Below are positions 1 to 9,270 of a DNA stretch of 64,000 nt, piece after piece (position 1 is the first letter of the stretch; each line of letters starts with the position of its first letter). The DNA is from Candidatus Omnitrophota bacterium. Its GTDB lineage: Bacteria; Omnitrophota; Gorgyraeia; Zapsychrales; Fredricksoniimonadaceae. The notes under the pieces were generated by a model. That model searched no databases. It saw nothing but the letters and a program-made list of their open reading frames with translations, and was not told the origin of the DNA. The stretch covers positions 1,501 through 65,500 of the forward strand of contig JAGWOI010000012.1 of assembly GCA_028870995.1 (NCBI GenBank), written 5' to 3'. The position numbers and the translations under genes were made by a program.

Positions 1-1589
1 TTGCCGAAATAGGTATCATAATTCTCCAGGACCAGCACCTTGACCTGCTTATAACTTCTGTTCAGCCGGTCCACATGCTCCATGATATTCTGGATATGGG
101 AGGCCCCGGCAGAGTCCATGGGGTGTGATTTGCCGGCGATGATGATCTGCAACGGGCCTGTTTGACCGACGATATGCAACAATTCCTCGACATGGTGAAA
201 CAGCAGCGAAGGCCTTTTATAATTAGTGATCCTCCTGGCCCAGCAGACGGTAAGAACATCCTCCTGCAGTTTCCAGGGTTTGACAAAATTCAATAAATGG
301 CGTTTGTTGACCTGGTGCGCATGAAAAACGTCCCGGCGGAATTCATCATTCTTGATAAGCTTGCCGGCCTCCTGCAGTCTGTTGGGGTCGGCGCGCCAGT
401 CGCCGAAGACACTCTCGTGTTTGTCGAACAACTGGGCAAACGGCTCCGACACCCAGGTGTGCGTGTGCACGCCGTTGGTGATGGCATCGATGCGCTTGGC
501 GAAATCAGGAAACTGAAGCCGCATGATCTCGCCGTGTTTCTGCGCCACAGCGTTCACATGGCGGCAATTGTCCAGGCAAAGATAGGTCAGGTTGACATCC
601 TTGGAATCCTCCGTCTCCTTGCCGAACTCTTCGGCCGCCTCAACATACTTTTCCGGGAAAATGGCTCTTAGCTCCGCGGTCTGGAAACGGTCGTGGCCGG
701 CAGCCACCGGCGTATGGCAGGTATAAACGAATTTTTTCTTTTCAAAGGCCATGCGGCTCTTGTCAGCCAGCTGCACGTACTTTTCCACCAGGGCAAAGGC
801 CGCGTGGCCTTCGTTTAAATGGTAACAATCGATGTTCAGCTTCAGGTCCTCGAGGGCTTTCATGCCGCCGATACCCAGGATCGAGCGCTGTAAAATGCGC
901 CAGAAAACCTCATCGCTGCGGTAGAGCTGGTCGGTCAGCTTGCGAAAATGCTCGCTGTTATCGCTCAAATTGGAGTCCATCAGGACCAATGGCACGACGT
1001 GTTTTTTGTCATGGCTGTATACATAATATTTCCATAGACGCAGGACCAGGTCGCCTTGTTTGGTGGTCATGCGTATCCTATTTTTCAAAGGGATCAGGCC
1101 CGGGTAGGAATGGGGGTCCCAGGAAAGCTCCTCAGGCACCTGGCCGTATTTATACCAAAAATTTTGCTTGAAATAGCCCTTGTTCCAAAGGATCCCCAAC
1201 GCCACGGCGGACAGCCCCTGGTCCGCGATACTTTTGACCGTGTCCCCGGCCAGCACACCCAGACCGCCGCTGTAAATGGGGATGTCGAGCATTTTATGGA
1301 TATTGATCTTGAATACGTAATCGGAGATCCAGTAATTGGAAAAGACCTGGTGCTTGAAGAACTTGTTCTTTTCCGTCATGGGACGGTTCAAATGGAAAAA
1401 ATTATAGATACTGGGTGCGAGCCCATATTCCATGGAAAAGTAGGCGATGGATTTTTCTGCGGCGGACAGCCTTGTTTCAGCATCCAGGACAGGCTGCATG
1501 GGAAATGAAAAATACGTGGACTCGCTGATGTCGCCGCAGTAATTGGCCTCAAAATTCTCGATTTGAGCTATAAATTCCTTGTATGTCAT
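1..1589 (-). CDS. glgP: alpha-glucan (glycogen/maltodextrin) phosphorylase, GT35; runs off the window start
   Basis: Not in the ORF track because it has no stop in the window. Manual translation from ATG 1589 gives MTYKEFIAQ...IAYFSMEYGL...IPIYSGGLGVLAGD...HLNEGHAAF...YTCHTPVAAGHDRF...ITNGVHTHTW...WARRITNYKRP...IIIAGKSHP...LENYD. Confidence 0.93.
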   Translation of the reverse strand, partial: MTYKEFIAQIENFEANYCGDISESTYFSFPMQPVLDAETRLSAAEKSIAYFSMEYGLAPSIYNFFHLNRPMTEKNKFFKHQVFSNYWISDYVFKINIHKMLDIPIYSGGLGVLAGDTVKSIADQGLSAVALGILWNKGYFKQNFWYKYGQVPEELSWDPHSYPGLIPLKNRIRMTTKQGDLVLRLWKYYVYSHDKKHVVPLVLMDSNLSDNSEHFRKLTDQLYRSDEVFWRILQRSILGIGGMKALEDLKLNIDCYHLNEGHAAFALVEKYVQLADKSRMAFEKKKFVYTCHTPVAAGHDRFQTAELRAIFPEKYVEAAEEFGKETEDSKDVNLTYLCLDNCRHVNAVAQKHGEIMRLQFPDFAKRIDAITNGVHTHTWVSEPFAQLFDKHESVFGDWRADPNRLQEAGKLIKNDEFRRDVFHAHQVNKRHLLNFVKPWKLQEDVLTVCWARRITNYKRPSLLFHHVEELLHIVGQTGPLQIIIAGKSHPMDSAGASHIQNIMEHVDRLNRSYKQVKVLVLENYDTYFG

Positions 1590-1626
1590 ACCAACTCTCT
1601 GATAGGGGTCACGCGAAAGATGCCGG

Positions 1627-3192
1627 CTATTTGTGCATTATAGCAGAGAAAATAGATTCCAAATCATATATCCTTATTTTTCCATACTGCCGCTTGCGGG
1701 CGACGGACAAAAATTTAAGGGAATCCAAAATTTGTTCATTATGGTCCAGAACAAGCCGGGTCAATAATATATTATCGTTAATGTGGTCAAAGACAGCCAA
1801 AGGCCGGACATGCCGCAGGGCGGTCTGGAGCACATCATCCAGGGGCGGTGAGAAACGGCGGCCGTCCGCCGTCCATGAGACATAGGCCTGCGGGTCAATG
1901 ATCAAATACCTGGCCCCCTGTTTATATAGATCCAGCAAAGCGTAGGCATCCTGCGGGCATGGAACGATCCTCTTGTCATCCGCCATGAAAAGACCTTCGA
2001 CCAGCGGCTGGGTGCTGACAATGACGGCTTTGGGATCGCGGCTGGTGATAAAACGCACCGCCTGTTCATAATCGGTACGGGCAAAGGTAATGGCGCCGGA
2101 AAGATAAACCATCACCACCAGGGAACAGGCCCCCGCCCCCAGGATCAATTTCCTTAAGGAAGGCCATCTCTCCCAAGCATCATCGATAACAATGGCGGCT
2201 GCCGTTGCCATAAACGGCAGGACCACGCATAAATATCTGGCCCCCTTTTCCGCGGCCAAAGAAAATCCCGCCATTTGTACCAGCACGATACCGAAAGGCA
2301 GCAATTTTTTGTATTCCTTATACTTGATCAAATACGGGTTGGCCCAGAAAAAACAGGCAAAGAAAAAACCTTCCAGGGCAAAGGTATCATAGGGGTAGGA
2401 CAAAAAGTTGATAAAATTGAAATTGCCGCTGGCATCCTTGGCCTGGTGGAACATCCAGGCAAAGCACACATAAAAATTAATCCCTCCGTAAAGCACGCCG
2501 ACTAAAATGACGACGGCGGCAAATGCGGCCAGGTAAACGGCCAGCTTTTGCCACGGCAGTTTTTGACCAGCGGTAAGAGCCTTATACCCTTCGATAAAAA
2601 CTATAAAAACAGGCCCTACGATCATCCGGTAATTGGTCAAGTACACGCAGGCCAGCAAAAAAGCCGAAACAAAAAGTTTCCAGTTCAGTCGATCCGGCAT
2701 CGTTGTATACAGATAAATCGCGCCCAAAAACAGCAAGGTGCTCAATGATTCCTGCATCCCCAGCCTTGAGTAAAAGACGTGACTTGGAAGGACAAGCAGG
2801 ATCAGAGCGCTTAATAAGGCTATGCGAGGAGAATTAAAATAACGCCGGGCCCAAAAGTAAAGCAACACAACAGTTCCCAGGCCGCAGGCCGCAGAAACCA
2901 ACCTGGCAAAAAACCAGGCCTCGGGGCCCAGCCCAAAGACCCTCATGCTCAAAATAAAAAACCACAAGGCCTTGGGCATGGAGAGGGCGGTCTTGAAAAT
3001 CAATGAGAAAATAATGCCCCATTCCGAAAGAGTGTGCCCGGGATTATGGGCAATGAGGTTTAAAAGGGTCCGGTTATACCCGATGTACAACGCTTCATCG
3101 TAAAACAGGAATTGGTTGGCGCTGATATGGTACAAACGCAGAAAAAGGCCGATCAGGACAATGGGTACGATGATTAAATAAGATAAACGCAT
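1627..3192 (-). CDS. GT-C fold (ArnT/PMT-like, GT39/83) membrane glycosyltransferase
   Basis: LFLRL...YDEALY first-loop motif, RLVSA..G, YSRLGMQE and RYL..VLP; many TM segments. Confidence 0.75.
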   Translation of the reverse strand: MRLSYLIIVPIVLIGLFLRLYHISANQFLFYDEALYIGYNRTLLNLIAHNPGHTLSEWGIIFSLIFKTALSMPKALWFFILSMRVFGLGPEAWFFARLVSAACGLGTVVLLYFWARRYFNSPRIALLSALILLVLPSHVFYSRLGMQESLSTLLFLGAIYLYTTMPDRLNWKLFVSAFLLACVYLTNYRMIVGPVFIVFIEGYKALTAGQKLPWQKLAVYLAAFAAVVILVGVLYGGINFYVCFAWMFHQAKDASGNFNFINFLSYPYDTFALEGFFFACFFWANPYLIKYKEYKKLLPFGIVLVQMAGFSLAAEKGARYLCVVLPFMATAAAIVIDDAWERWPSLRKLILGAGACSLVVMVYLSGAITFARTDYEQAVRFITSRDPKAVIVSTQPLVEGLFMADDKRIVPCPQDAYALLDLYKQGARYLIIDPQAYVSWTADGRRFSPPLDDVLQTALRHVRPLAVFDHINDNILLTRLVLDHNEQILDSLKFLSVARKRQYGKIRIYDLESIFSAIMHK

Positions 3193-3202
3193 GAATTCAA
3201 AT

Positions 3203-3499
3203 CTATTGTGGATACTGCTGGCTCTCTTGAGACCTCACCCACGCCTGGCGCTTGGCCCTGAATTTCGCCATTTCCGCCGTGTTGATGTCATTCAAACGCG
3301 TCTGGGTGCGCAGAGAATGCAGTTTCATCTTGGTCTTATTGGCCTGGGCAGGCGATTGCCCCAAGGTATGCATGGAATCCGTGAAATCGTTCCACATGGT
3401 CTGACGGTACGGATTAGGATAGGGGCTTTTGGTATAACCCCAAGCCTGCGGCATCATAAATATCATCGCCAAAAACGCCATCAATAATAATCTGTTCAT
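3203..3499 (-). CDS. hypothetical secreted protein
   Basis: Signal-peptide-like N-terminus (MNRLLLMAFLAMIFMMPQAWG); start overlaps the moaC stop by 4 nt. Confidence 0.65.
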   Translation of the reverse strand: MNRLLLMAFLAMIFMMPQAWGYTKSPYPNPYRQTMWNDFTDSMHTLGQSPAQANKTKMKLHSLRTQTRLNDINTAEMAKFRAKRQAWVRSQESQQYPQ

Positions 3500-3945
3500 C
3501 TACCCTTCCTTTCGGATCGCTGGTAAATCCCGCTTCGTCCCCCGCTTTTATGCATCAGCCTGATGCCGCCCATCGCCATGTCCTGGCCGGTGAATTTCAT
3601 CATGTCGTAAATCGTAAGACAAGCAGCGGACACCGCGGCCAGGGCTTCCATTTCAACGCCGGTCTTGCCCGTGCATGTGACTTCAGCAATGACCTTCACC
3701 GTATTCTTGGATTTGAGCATTTCAAAGACCACAGACACTTTTTCCAGATCCAAAGGATGGCATAAAGGGATCAACAAAGGGGTATTCTTAGCCGCCATGA
3801 TACCAGCAATTTTGGCAGTTTCCAGCACATTGCCCTTCGGCGAACCTTGTTTCAAAAAAATTTTGAAGGCTTTAGGGGAAAAGGTGATCTGCCCTTCGGC
3901 GCGGGCCACCCGTTTGGTGGCCTGCTTGTCGCTGATATCGATCAT
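3496..3945 (-). CDS. moaC: cyclic pyranopterin monophosphate synthase MoaC
   Basis: MIDIS.K, KGNVL..AKIAGIMAAK, LIPLCHP, TGVEMEAL and LTIYDMMK motifs. Confidence 0.96.
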   Translation of the reverse strand: MIDISDKQATKRVARAEGQITFSPKAFKIFLKQGSPKGNVLETAKIAGIMAAKNTPLLIPLCHPLDLEKVSVVFEMLKSKNTVKVIAEVTCTGKTGVEMEALAAVSAACLTIYDMMKFTGQDMAMGGIRLMHKSGGRSGIYQRSERKGR

Positions 3946-4307
3946 TCGAGATCCTTCGGCTTCCTTCGGTTCTTTTTCTTTAAAGCGTTACGCTTTTTAT
4001 TCTGAAGCATGCGCTCCTTGGCCGGCAGGGAACGCTTGCGGTTCTGCCGCCGGACCTTCTCGCGCTGCGCCTTTCGAAAGAGGGTCTGCTGTTTTTCTCT
4101 ATCTTCCAAGGCCTGCCCAAGCAGCTCCCAGGCCCGTTGGCGGTTGGCGGACTGCGTGCGGAATTCCTGGCACTTGACGATGATGCCCGTGGGCTTATGG
4201 ATCAGTACCACACAAGTGGCCACCTTGTTGACATTCTGGCCGCCCGGCCCGGAAGATCTGACAAATGATTCTACTACATCTTCGCTTGATAAAGAAGCGC
4301 TGCCCAT
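3942..4307 (-). CDS. short class I release-factor-like peptidyl-tRNA hydrolase (GGQ domain plus basic tail)
   Basis: SSGPGGQNVNK, HKPTGIIVKCQ..RTQ..NR, and a K/R-rich C-tail. ATG 4307 has an AAGGA SD upstream and overlaps the prmA 3' end by 34 nt. Confidence 0.85.
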   Translation of the reverse strand: MGSASLSSEDVVESFVRSSGPGGQNVNKVATCVVLIHKPTGIIVKCQEFRTQSANRQRAWELLGQALEDREKQQTLFRKAQREKVRRQNRKRSLPAKERMLQNKKRNALKKKNRRKPKDLE

Positions 4308-5164
4308 TGTTTTCCTTTTGAGACCTTTAAACATTTAAGAGGCAATGAGGCAAAGGCCTTGCGCAACCTTGCCAGATTGTCGAGGGAAATCCCCGACACT
4401 CCCAATAAACCGCCCTTTTTGACAAAGCCAACGATCTTAGGACCGTGCTTGATCAAGTCTTCCGTCACCAGATTCGCAGCCACAAAATCATAAACTTTTT
4501 TAGGACGGTATTTGCCGATGTCCGCCTGCCGCACTTGAAAAAACAGGTTGTTGGCTTTCATATTATCACGGGCGGCCGCCACACTCAATGCCCCTATGTC
4601 GATTCCAACAGCCTCCTGCGCACCGTTTTTAAGCGCCACCAGGGCCAGAATGCCTGTGCCGGTCCCTATGTCAAAAAACGATTTAAAGCTCCCCTGACTA
4701 TCTTCAATGAATTGGGCCAGTAATTGGGTGGTTTCATGCAAACCGGTACCGAACGACAGCAACGTGTCCATGAGAATAACATCGCGTCCCCGGCGCGGCT
4801 TGTATTTGTCCCGGTACCAAACAGGGACCACATCGATCTCGTGCGTCAGACGGGCCGGCCGCCAATGTTGTTTCCAGAGGGTCAGCCAATCCTTAGGGAG
4901 AAGTTTTTGCCGCCGGACCTTGATGCCGGCCAGTTTAAGACGTTTAAAAAGACCCTCTATCCGTTCAAGCCGCTCCCCCGCCTCATCAAACAACTCAATG
5001 GCGGCCCTGCCTTTGACTGAAGCGGCGATCAATTCCTCTTGTTGAAAACCCAGACTCAAAAGAACAGCCCTGGCCGTAACCAGGGCTGTTTCATTATCAG
5101 ATTCGATCCGGCATTGATAGACGGTCTTAGGGATACGCTCTTGAAAAACGGCTTGTAAGCTCAT
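4274..5164 (-). CDS. prmA: 50S ribosomal protein L11 methyltransferase
   Basis: DW...WK, SFGTGLHETT, DIGTGTGILA, YDFVAANL and SGI motifs. Confidence 0.9.
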   Translation of the reverse strand: MSLQAVFQERIPKTVYQCRIESDNETALVTARAVLLSLGFQQEELIAASVKGRAAIELFDEAGERLERIEGLFKRLKLAGIKVRRQKLLPKDWLTLWKQHWRPARLTHEIDVVPVWYRDKYKPRRGRDVILMDTLLSFGTGLHETTQLLAQFIEDSQGSFKSFFDIGTGTGILALVALKNGAQEAVGIDIGALSVAAARDNMKANNLFFQVRQADIGKYRPKKVYDFVAANLVTEDLIKHGPKIVGFVKKGGLLGVSGISLDNLARLRKAFASLPLKCLKVSKGKQWAALLYQAKM

Positions 5165-6795
5165 GATTTAAAACGGATCAAGGACGGCGCGTAATCTTTC
5201 GGGGCTTCATAGCCCAGCAGGTTTAAAAGTGTCGCCGCCACATTCGCCAGCCCCTGCCCGGGCAGATGGGCCATTTCATATTCATCCTGATAACCCGCAT
5301 CCACGATAATGCAGGGAACGGGATTCAGCGAATGGGCGGTACTGACCTGCTTTTTGCCGTTTTTGACCGTAAACATCTCATCAGCATTGCCGTGATCGGC
5401 CAGGACAAGAGCCACCCCGTTGAGTTCCTTGATGACACTCAAGAGTTTGGCCAGGTCTTCATCCACAGCCTCAACCGAGGCAATAATAGCCTCCGGAACG
5501 CCGGTATGGCCCACCATGTCACCGTTAGGATAATTCAAGCGGCCGAATTTATACTTGCCGCTTTGAAGCAGCTCGACGGTCTTGGCGGTGATCTCGTCGG
5601 CTTTCATCCTAGGAGCCTGGTCGAAACGGATCTTGTCTGATGGTATCTCCACATAGGTCTCGAGTTTTTCGTTGATATAACCGGAGCGGTTGCCGTTCCA
5701 AAAGTAAGTCACGTGGCCGTATTTTTGGGTCTCGGAAATGGCAAAAGATGTGATGCCGTTGGCGCACATATAGACCCCGACGGGATTATCAATCGCGGGC
5801 GGCGGCACCAGGTAATGCTTGGGGATATGCAGATCGCCGTCGTATTCCATCATGCCGGCAAACAGCACATCAGGCGTGCGCACGCGGTTGAATTTATCAA
5901 AATCCCTCTCTTCAAAGGCCCGGGATAATTCAATGGCCCTGTCCCCGCGGAAATTGAAGAACACCACAGAATCGCCGTCCTCGATGGTGCCCACCGGGCT
6001 GCCGTCGTCCTCGATCACAAAGGAATCCAGGTACTGGTCGGTGATCTTGGGGTCTTCTTTATAGTAAGTCTCCACCGCTTCCTTGGCTGACGCAAAACGC
6101 CTGGCGCGGCCCAGCACATGGGCTTTCCAGCCGCGCTCGACAATAGTCCAATCCGCGTTATAGCGGTCCATGGTGGTGACCATGCGGCCGCCGCCGGAAG
6201 CGATGCGGTACTCGTAATTCTTATGGGCGCTGTTTATCTCTTTGAGAACAGCCTCGGTCTTGTCGATATAGGTCAGGGCTGATTTCTCGTAGACATCGCG
6301 GCCGTCCAGCAGGACGTGGATACAAACACGGCGCACTCCCTCTTGGGCCAAATGACGCACCATGGCCAATAACTGGTCTATATGCGAGTGCACATTGCCG
6401 TCGGATAACAGGCCGATGAAATGGAATACCTTGTTCTCGGATTTGACCCGCTCGACCAGCTTCTTCCAAATTTCAGTCTGGTAAATGGCACCGCTGGAAA
6501 TGGATTTCGCCGCCAGCTTCGCCCCCTGGTCGAACACGCGCCCCGCGCCCAAGGCATTATGCCCCACCTCGGAATTGCCCATGTCCTCATCGCTGGGCAT
6601 GCCCACGGCCGTGCCGTGCGCCTTAAGCTGGGTGTACAACTTGGATTTCATCAATGTATCCAAGGTGGGCGTCTTGGCCAGGAATACGCCATCGCTGTCA
6701 TCATGCTTGCCTATGCCTACACCGTCCATGATCACCAAAAGCAACGGCCCCGGCCTTCCTGAAAAATTTGACAATTTCTTCAACTCTAACGACAT
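5161..6795 (-). CDS. gpmI: 2,3-bisphosphoglycerate-independent phosphoglycerate mutase
   Basis: IMDGVG, MGNSEVGH, SDGNVHSH, FNFRGDRA, ETQKYGHVTYFWNG, DMVGHTG and ADHGNA motifs. Confidence 0.97.
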   Translation of the reverse strand: MSLELKKLSNFSGRPGPLLLVIMDGVGIGKHDDSDGVFLAKTPTLDTLMKSKLYTQLKAHGTAVGMPSDEDMGNSEVGHNALGAGRVFDQGAKLAAKSISSGAIYQTEIWKKLVERVKSENKVFHFIGLLSDGNVHSHIDQLLAMVRHLAQEGVRRVCIHVLLDGRDVYEKSALTYIDKTEAVLKEINSAHKNYEYRIASGGGRMVTTMDRYNADWTIVERGWKAHVLGRARRFASAKEAVETYYKEDPKITDQYLDSFVIEDDGSPVGTIEDGDSVVFFNFRGDRAIELSRAFEERDFDKFNRVRTPDVLFAGMMEYDGDLHIPKHYLVPPPAIDNPVGVYMCANGITSFAISETQKYGHVTYFWNGNRSGYINEKLETYVEIPSDKIRFDQAPRMKADEITAKTVELLQSGKYKFGRLNYPNGDMVGHTGVPEAIIASVEAVDEDLAKLLSVIKELNGVALVLADHGNADEMFTVKNGKKQVSTAHSLNPVPCIIVDAGYQDEYEMAHLPGQGLANVAATLLNLLGYEAPKDYAPSLIRFKS

Positions 6796-6890
6796 ACTTT
6801 TCCTTTCGCTCGGACCGTTTCTAAATATCTTATTGATTCTAAAGGAGTTCTGATAGAACTGTCCCCATTACCGTCTTAACTTCAATAATG

Positions 6891-7457
6891 TTAAAAACTA
6901 ACCTTCGGCGCCTCTTGCGCCCCTTGCTCGGCTTTAAAATAGACCGCGGGCTGGGTTAGATGGGTTGCGGCTGCAAAAAAGGAACCGAACAAGCTTTGCT
7001 GGTAGGAATTAAAGGCCTGCACCGCCTCATTGTAGCGCATTCTCTCAACGGCAATGCGATTTTCAGTACCTTCCAGCTGGCTTTGTAATTCCAAGAAATT
7101 TTCATTGGCCTTCAAATTGGGATAATTCTCCGTGACCAACAGCAGGCGGCCCAAGGCACCGCTTAGAGAATTGGCCGCAGCCACCTTGTCAGGCACAGTG
7201 GCAGCCTTGCCCCATTGGCTTCTCAAACGCGTCACTTCTTCCAAAAGAGTCTTTTCATGGGTGGCGTAGCCCTTGACGGTGTTGACCAGATTAGGGATAA
7301 GATCGAAACGCCGCTGCAATTGGTTTTCCACCTGGGCCCAGCTGGACTTGACCTGCTGGTTAAGGCTGACGATCTGATTGTAACCGCTTTGATACCAGCC
7401 GAAAGCCATGAAAGCCAGGACAACGATAACACCTAACGCGATTAACCCTTTGTTCAT
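6891..7457 (-). CDS. lemA: LemA family protein
   Basis: N-terminal TM, W.QVENQLQRRFDLIPNLVNTVKGY, ENYPNLKA, EGTENRIAVER.RYN; GGAGG SD before ATG 7457. Confidence 0.95.
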   Translation of the reverse strand: MNKGLIALGVIVVLAFMAFGWYQSGYNQIVSLNQQVKSSWAQVENQLQRRFDLIPNLVNTVKGYATHEKTLLEEVTRLRSQWGKAATVPDKVAAANSLSGALGRLLLVTENYPNLKANENFLELQSQLEGTENRIAVERMRYNEAVQAFNSYQQSLFGSFFAAATHLTQPAVYFKAEQGAQEAPKVSF

Positions 7458-7470
7458 ACCATACCCTCCG

Positions 7471-8469
7471 TTAAGGACTGATGACCAAATTAGCGGGATC
7501 AATGGACCCCTTTTCAAAAGACTCTATATTGTTCATGGTCGTCTGCGCGATATTGCGCAGCGCCGTGTCGGTGAAAAACGCCTGATGCCCCGTGATGATG
7601 ACCCTCGGGAAAGCCATGATCCTGACAAAGGTGTCGTCATAAATAGGCTGGCTGGAAAGGTCCTCAAAAAACATCGTCTCTTCTTCTTCATAAACATCCA
7701 GCCCCAGGAAGCCGATCTTGCCTGACTTCAGGCCCTCCGAAAGGCAGGAAGAATCGATAAGCCCGCCGCGGCTGGTATTGATGAGCATGACGCCATTCTT
7801 CATTTTTTCCAAAGCACTCGCATCGATGATGTGGTGGGTCGCCTTATTTAAAGGAAGGTGCAAAGAAATGATATCGCTGTGAGCAAATATTTCATCCTTG
7901 GAAACGTACCTGACGCCCAGCGCTTCACATTCAGGATTAACATGAACATCATAAGCCAGGACCTTGCAGCCGAAACCGTTCTTCATGATGCCGGCAAAGA
8001 TGGCGCCTATCTTGCCTGTCCCCATCATCCCCACGGTTTTTCCGTACAGCTCAAAACCTAAGAGGCCCTCAATGGAAAAATTCCCTTCGCGCACGCGATT
8101 ATAGGCGCGGCAGATCCTGCGATTAAGGGCCAGGATCAGCGCCACGGCATGTTCTGCCACGCCATGGGGTGAGTAAGCCGGCACCCGCGCCACCGGAATG
8201 CCTGCTGCCTTGGCCTGGTTTAAATCCACATTATTAAACCCTGCGCAACGAAGAGCGATCAATTTGACGCCATTTTTGGATAGGGAAGCGATCACTTCCC
8301 TATCCAAATCATCATTGACAAACACGCACACCGCGTCAAAACCATTGGCCAGGCGGGCGGTGGCAGCGCTCAAATGAGTTTCAAAGAACACCAACTCATA
8401 GCGGCCCTTGTTGGCCTCTGTCAAGAATTCTTTATCGTAAGATTTGGTGCTGAAAACAGCTACTTTCAT
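7471..8469 (-). CDS. ldhA: D-lactate / D-2-hydroxyacid dehydrogenase
   Basis: ALRCAGFNNVD, VPAYSP..VAEH, GTGKIG, INTSRGGLID, GLDVYEEE and TGHQAFFT motifs. Confidence 0.9.
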   Translation of the reverse strand: MKVAVFSTKSYDKEFLTEANKGRYELVFFETHLSAATARLANGFDAVCVFVNDDLDREVIASLSKNGVKLIALRCAGFNNVDLNQAKAAGIPVARVPAYSPHGVAEHAVALILALNRRICRAYNRVREGNFSIEGLLGFELYGKTVGMMGTGKIGAIFAGIMKNGFGCKVLAYDVHVNPECEALGVRYVSKDEIFAHSDIISLHLPLNKATHHIIDASALEKMKNGVMLINTSRGGLIDSSCLSEGLKSGKIGFLGLDVYEEEETMFFEDLSSQPIYDDTFVRIMAFPRVIITGHQAFFTDTALRNIAQTTMNNIESFEKGSIDPANLVISP

Positions 8470-8484
8470 ATACCGCCCGGTTTG

Positions 8485-9270
8485 CTACCATCCCCCGCTG
8501 GCCCCGCCGCCGCCGCTTAAGCCGCCGCCGAACCCCCCAAAACCGCCGCCAAACCCACCGCCGCTGAAGCTTCCGCCGGAACCATACCCTCCGCCGCCGA
8601 ATCCGCCCAGGAGCATGGGGAAGAACATCCCGCCTCCGCCGCCGCGGCTAAGTAAAAAAGAGATGAAAATACAAAGAATGAACAGGAAGAGCCAGCCTGA
8701 GCCGCTGCTTTGCTGTTCCTGGTAGACCGGTTGAGGAACGCCGGTAAGTTTTACATTATACTCTTTGGCGATAAGTGACACAATAGCGGCAGTCGCATTC
8801 TTGATGCCGCCGGAGAAATCCCCCTGCCTGAAGGCCGGGGTCATGATGGCGCTGATGATCCGCTTGCTATAGGCGTCCGTAATGGCGCCTTCCAGGCCGT
8901 AACCCACCTCAATGCGGATATGGCGGTCTTTATAGGCCACCAGCAGCAAAACGCCGTTGTCCTTTCCTTTTTGGCCGATGCCGAAACGCTGAAATAAATT
9001 GACCGCATATTCTTCAATGGGCAGCGGCTCGGTCGTGTCAACGGTCACCACCGCCACTTCAGCGCCGGTCTTTTGTTTTAATTCAAGGATCCAGCCTTCC
9101 AGAAGGTTACGGGTATTCCCGTCAATGATGCCGCTTTGGTCGACCACATAACCGGTAGGCTGCGGGTAGGCAATTTTGCCCGGCGAAGGAAAAGTTTGAG
9201 CCAGAGATACGGGCACAGACCCCATAACGGCCAGCGACAACCAAAGGCAGAGTCTTACAAAAAATCTCAT
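8485..9270 (-). CDS. TPM domain (YgcG-like) membrane protein with Gly-rich tail
   Basis: Signal peptide, GIGQKGKDNGVLLLVA..DR..RIEVGYGLEG, a TM segment and a GGFGG...GGGASGGW tail. Confidence 0.92.
   Translation of the reverse strand: MRFFVRLCLWLSLAVMGSVPVSLAQTFPSPGKIAYPQPTGYVVDQSGIIDGNTRNLLEGWILELKQKTGAEVAVVTVDTTEPLPIEEYAVNLFQRFGIGQKGKDNGVLLLVAYKDRHIRIEVGYGLEGAITDAYSKRIISAIMTPAFRQGDFSGGIKNATAAIVSLIAKEYNVKLTGVPQPVYQEQQSSGSGWLFLFILCIFISFLLSRGGGGGMFFPMLLGGFGGGGYGSGGSFSGGGFGGGFGGFGGGLSGGGGASGGW

Noticed and set aside
297-1508. Plus-strand ORFs of 124 and 150 aa
   Set aside because: Antisense to glgP, which the track missed because it lacks a stop in the window.
8485-8650. CCG-rich tandem repeats and the Pro-rich plus-strand ORF
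   Set aside because: Explained by the Gly-rich tail of the TPM protein.
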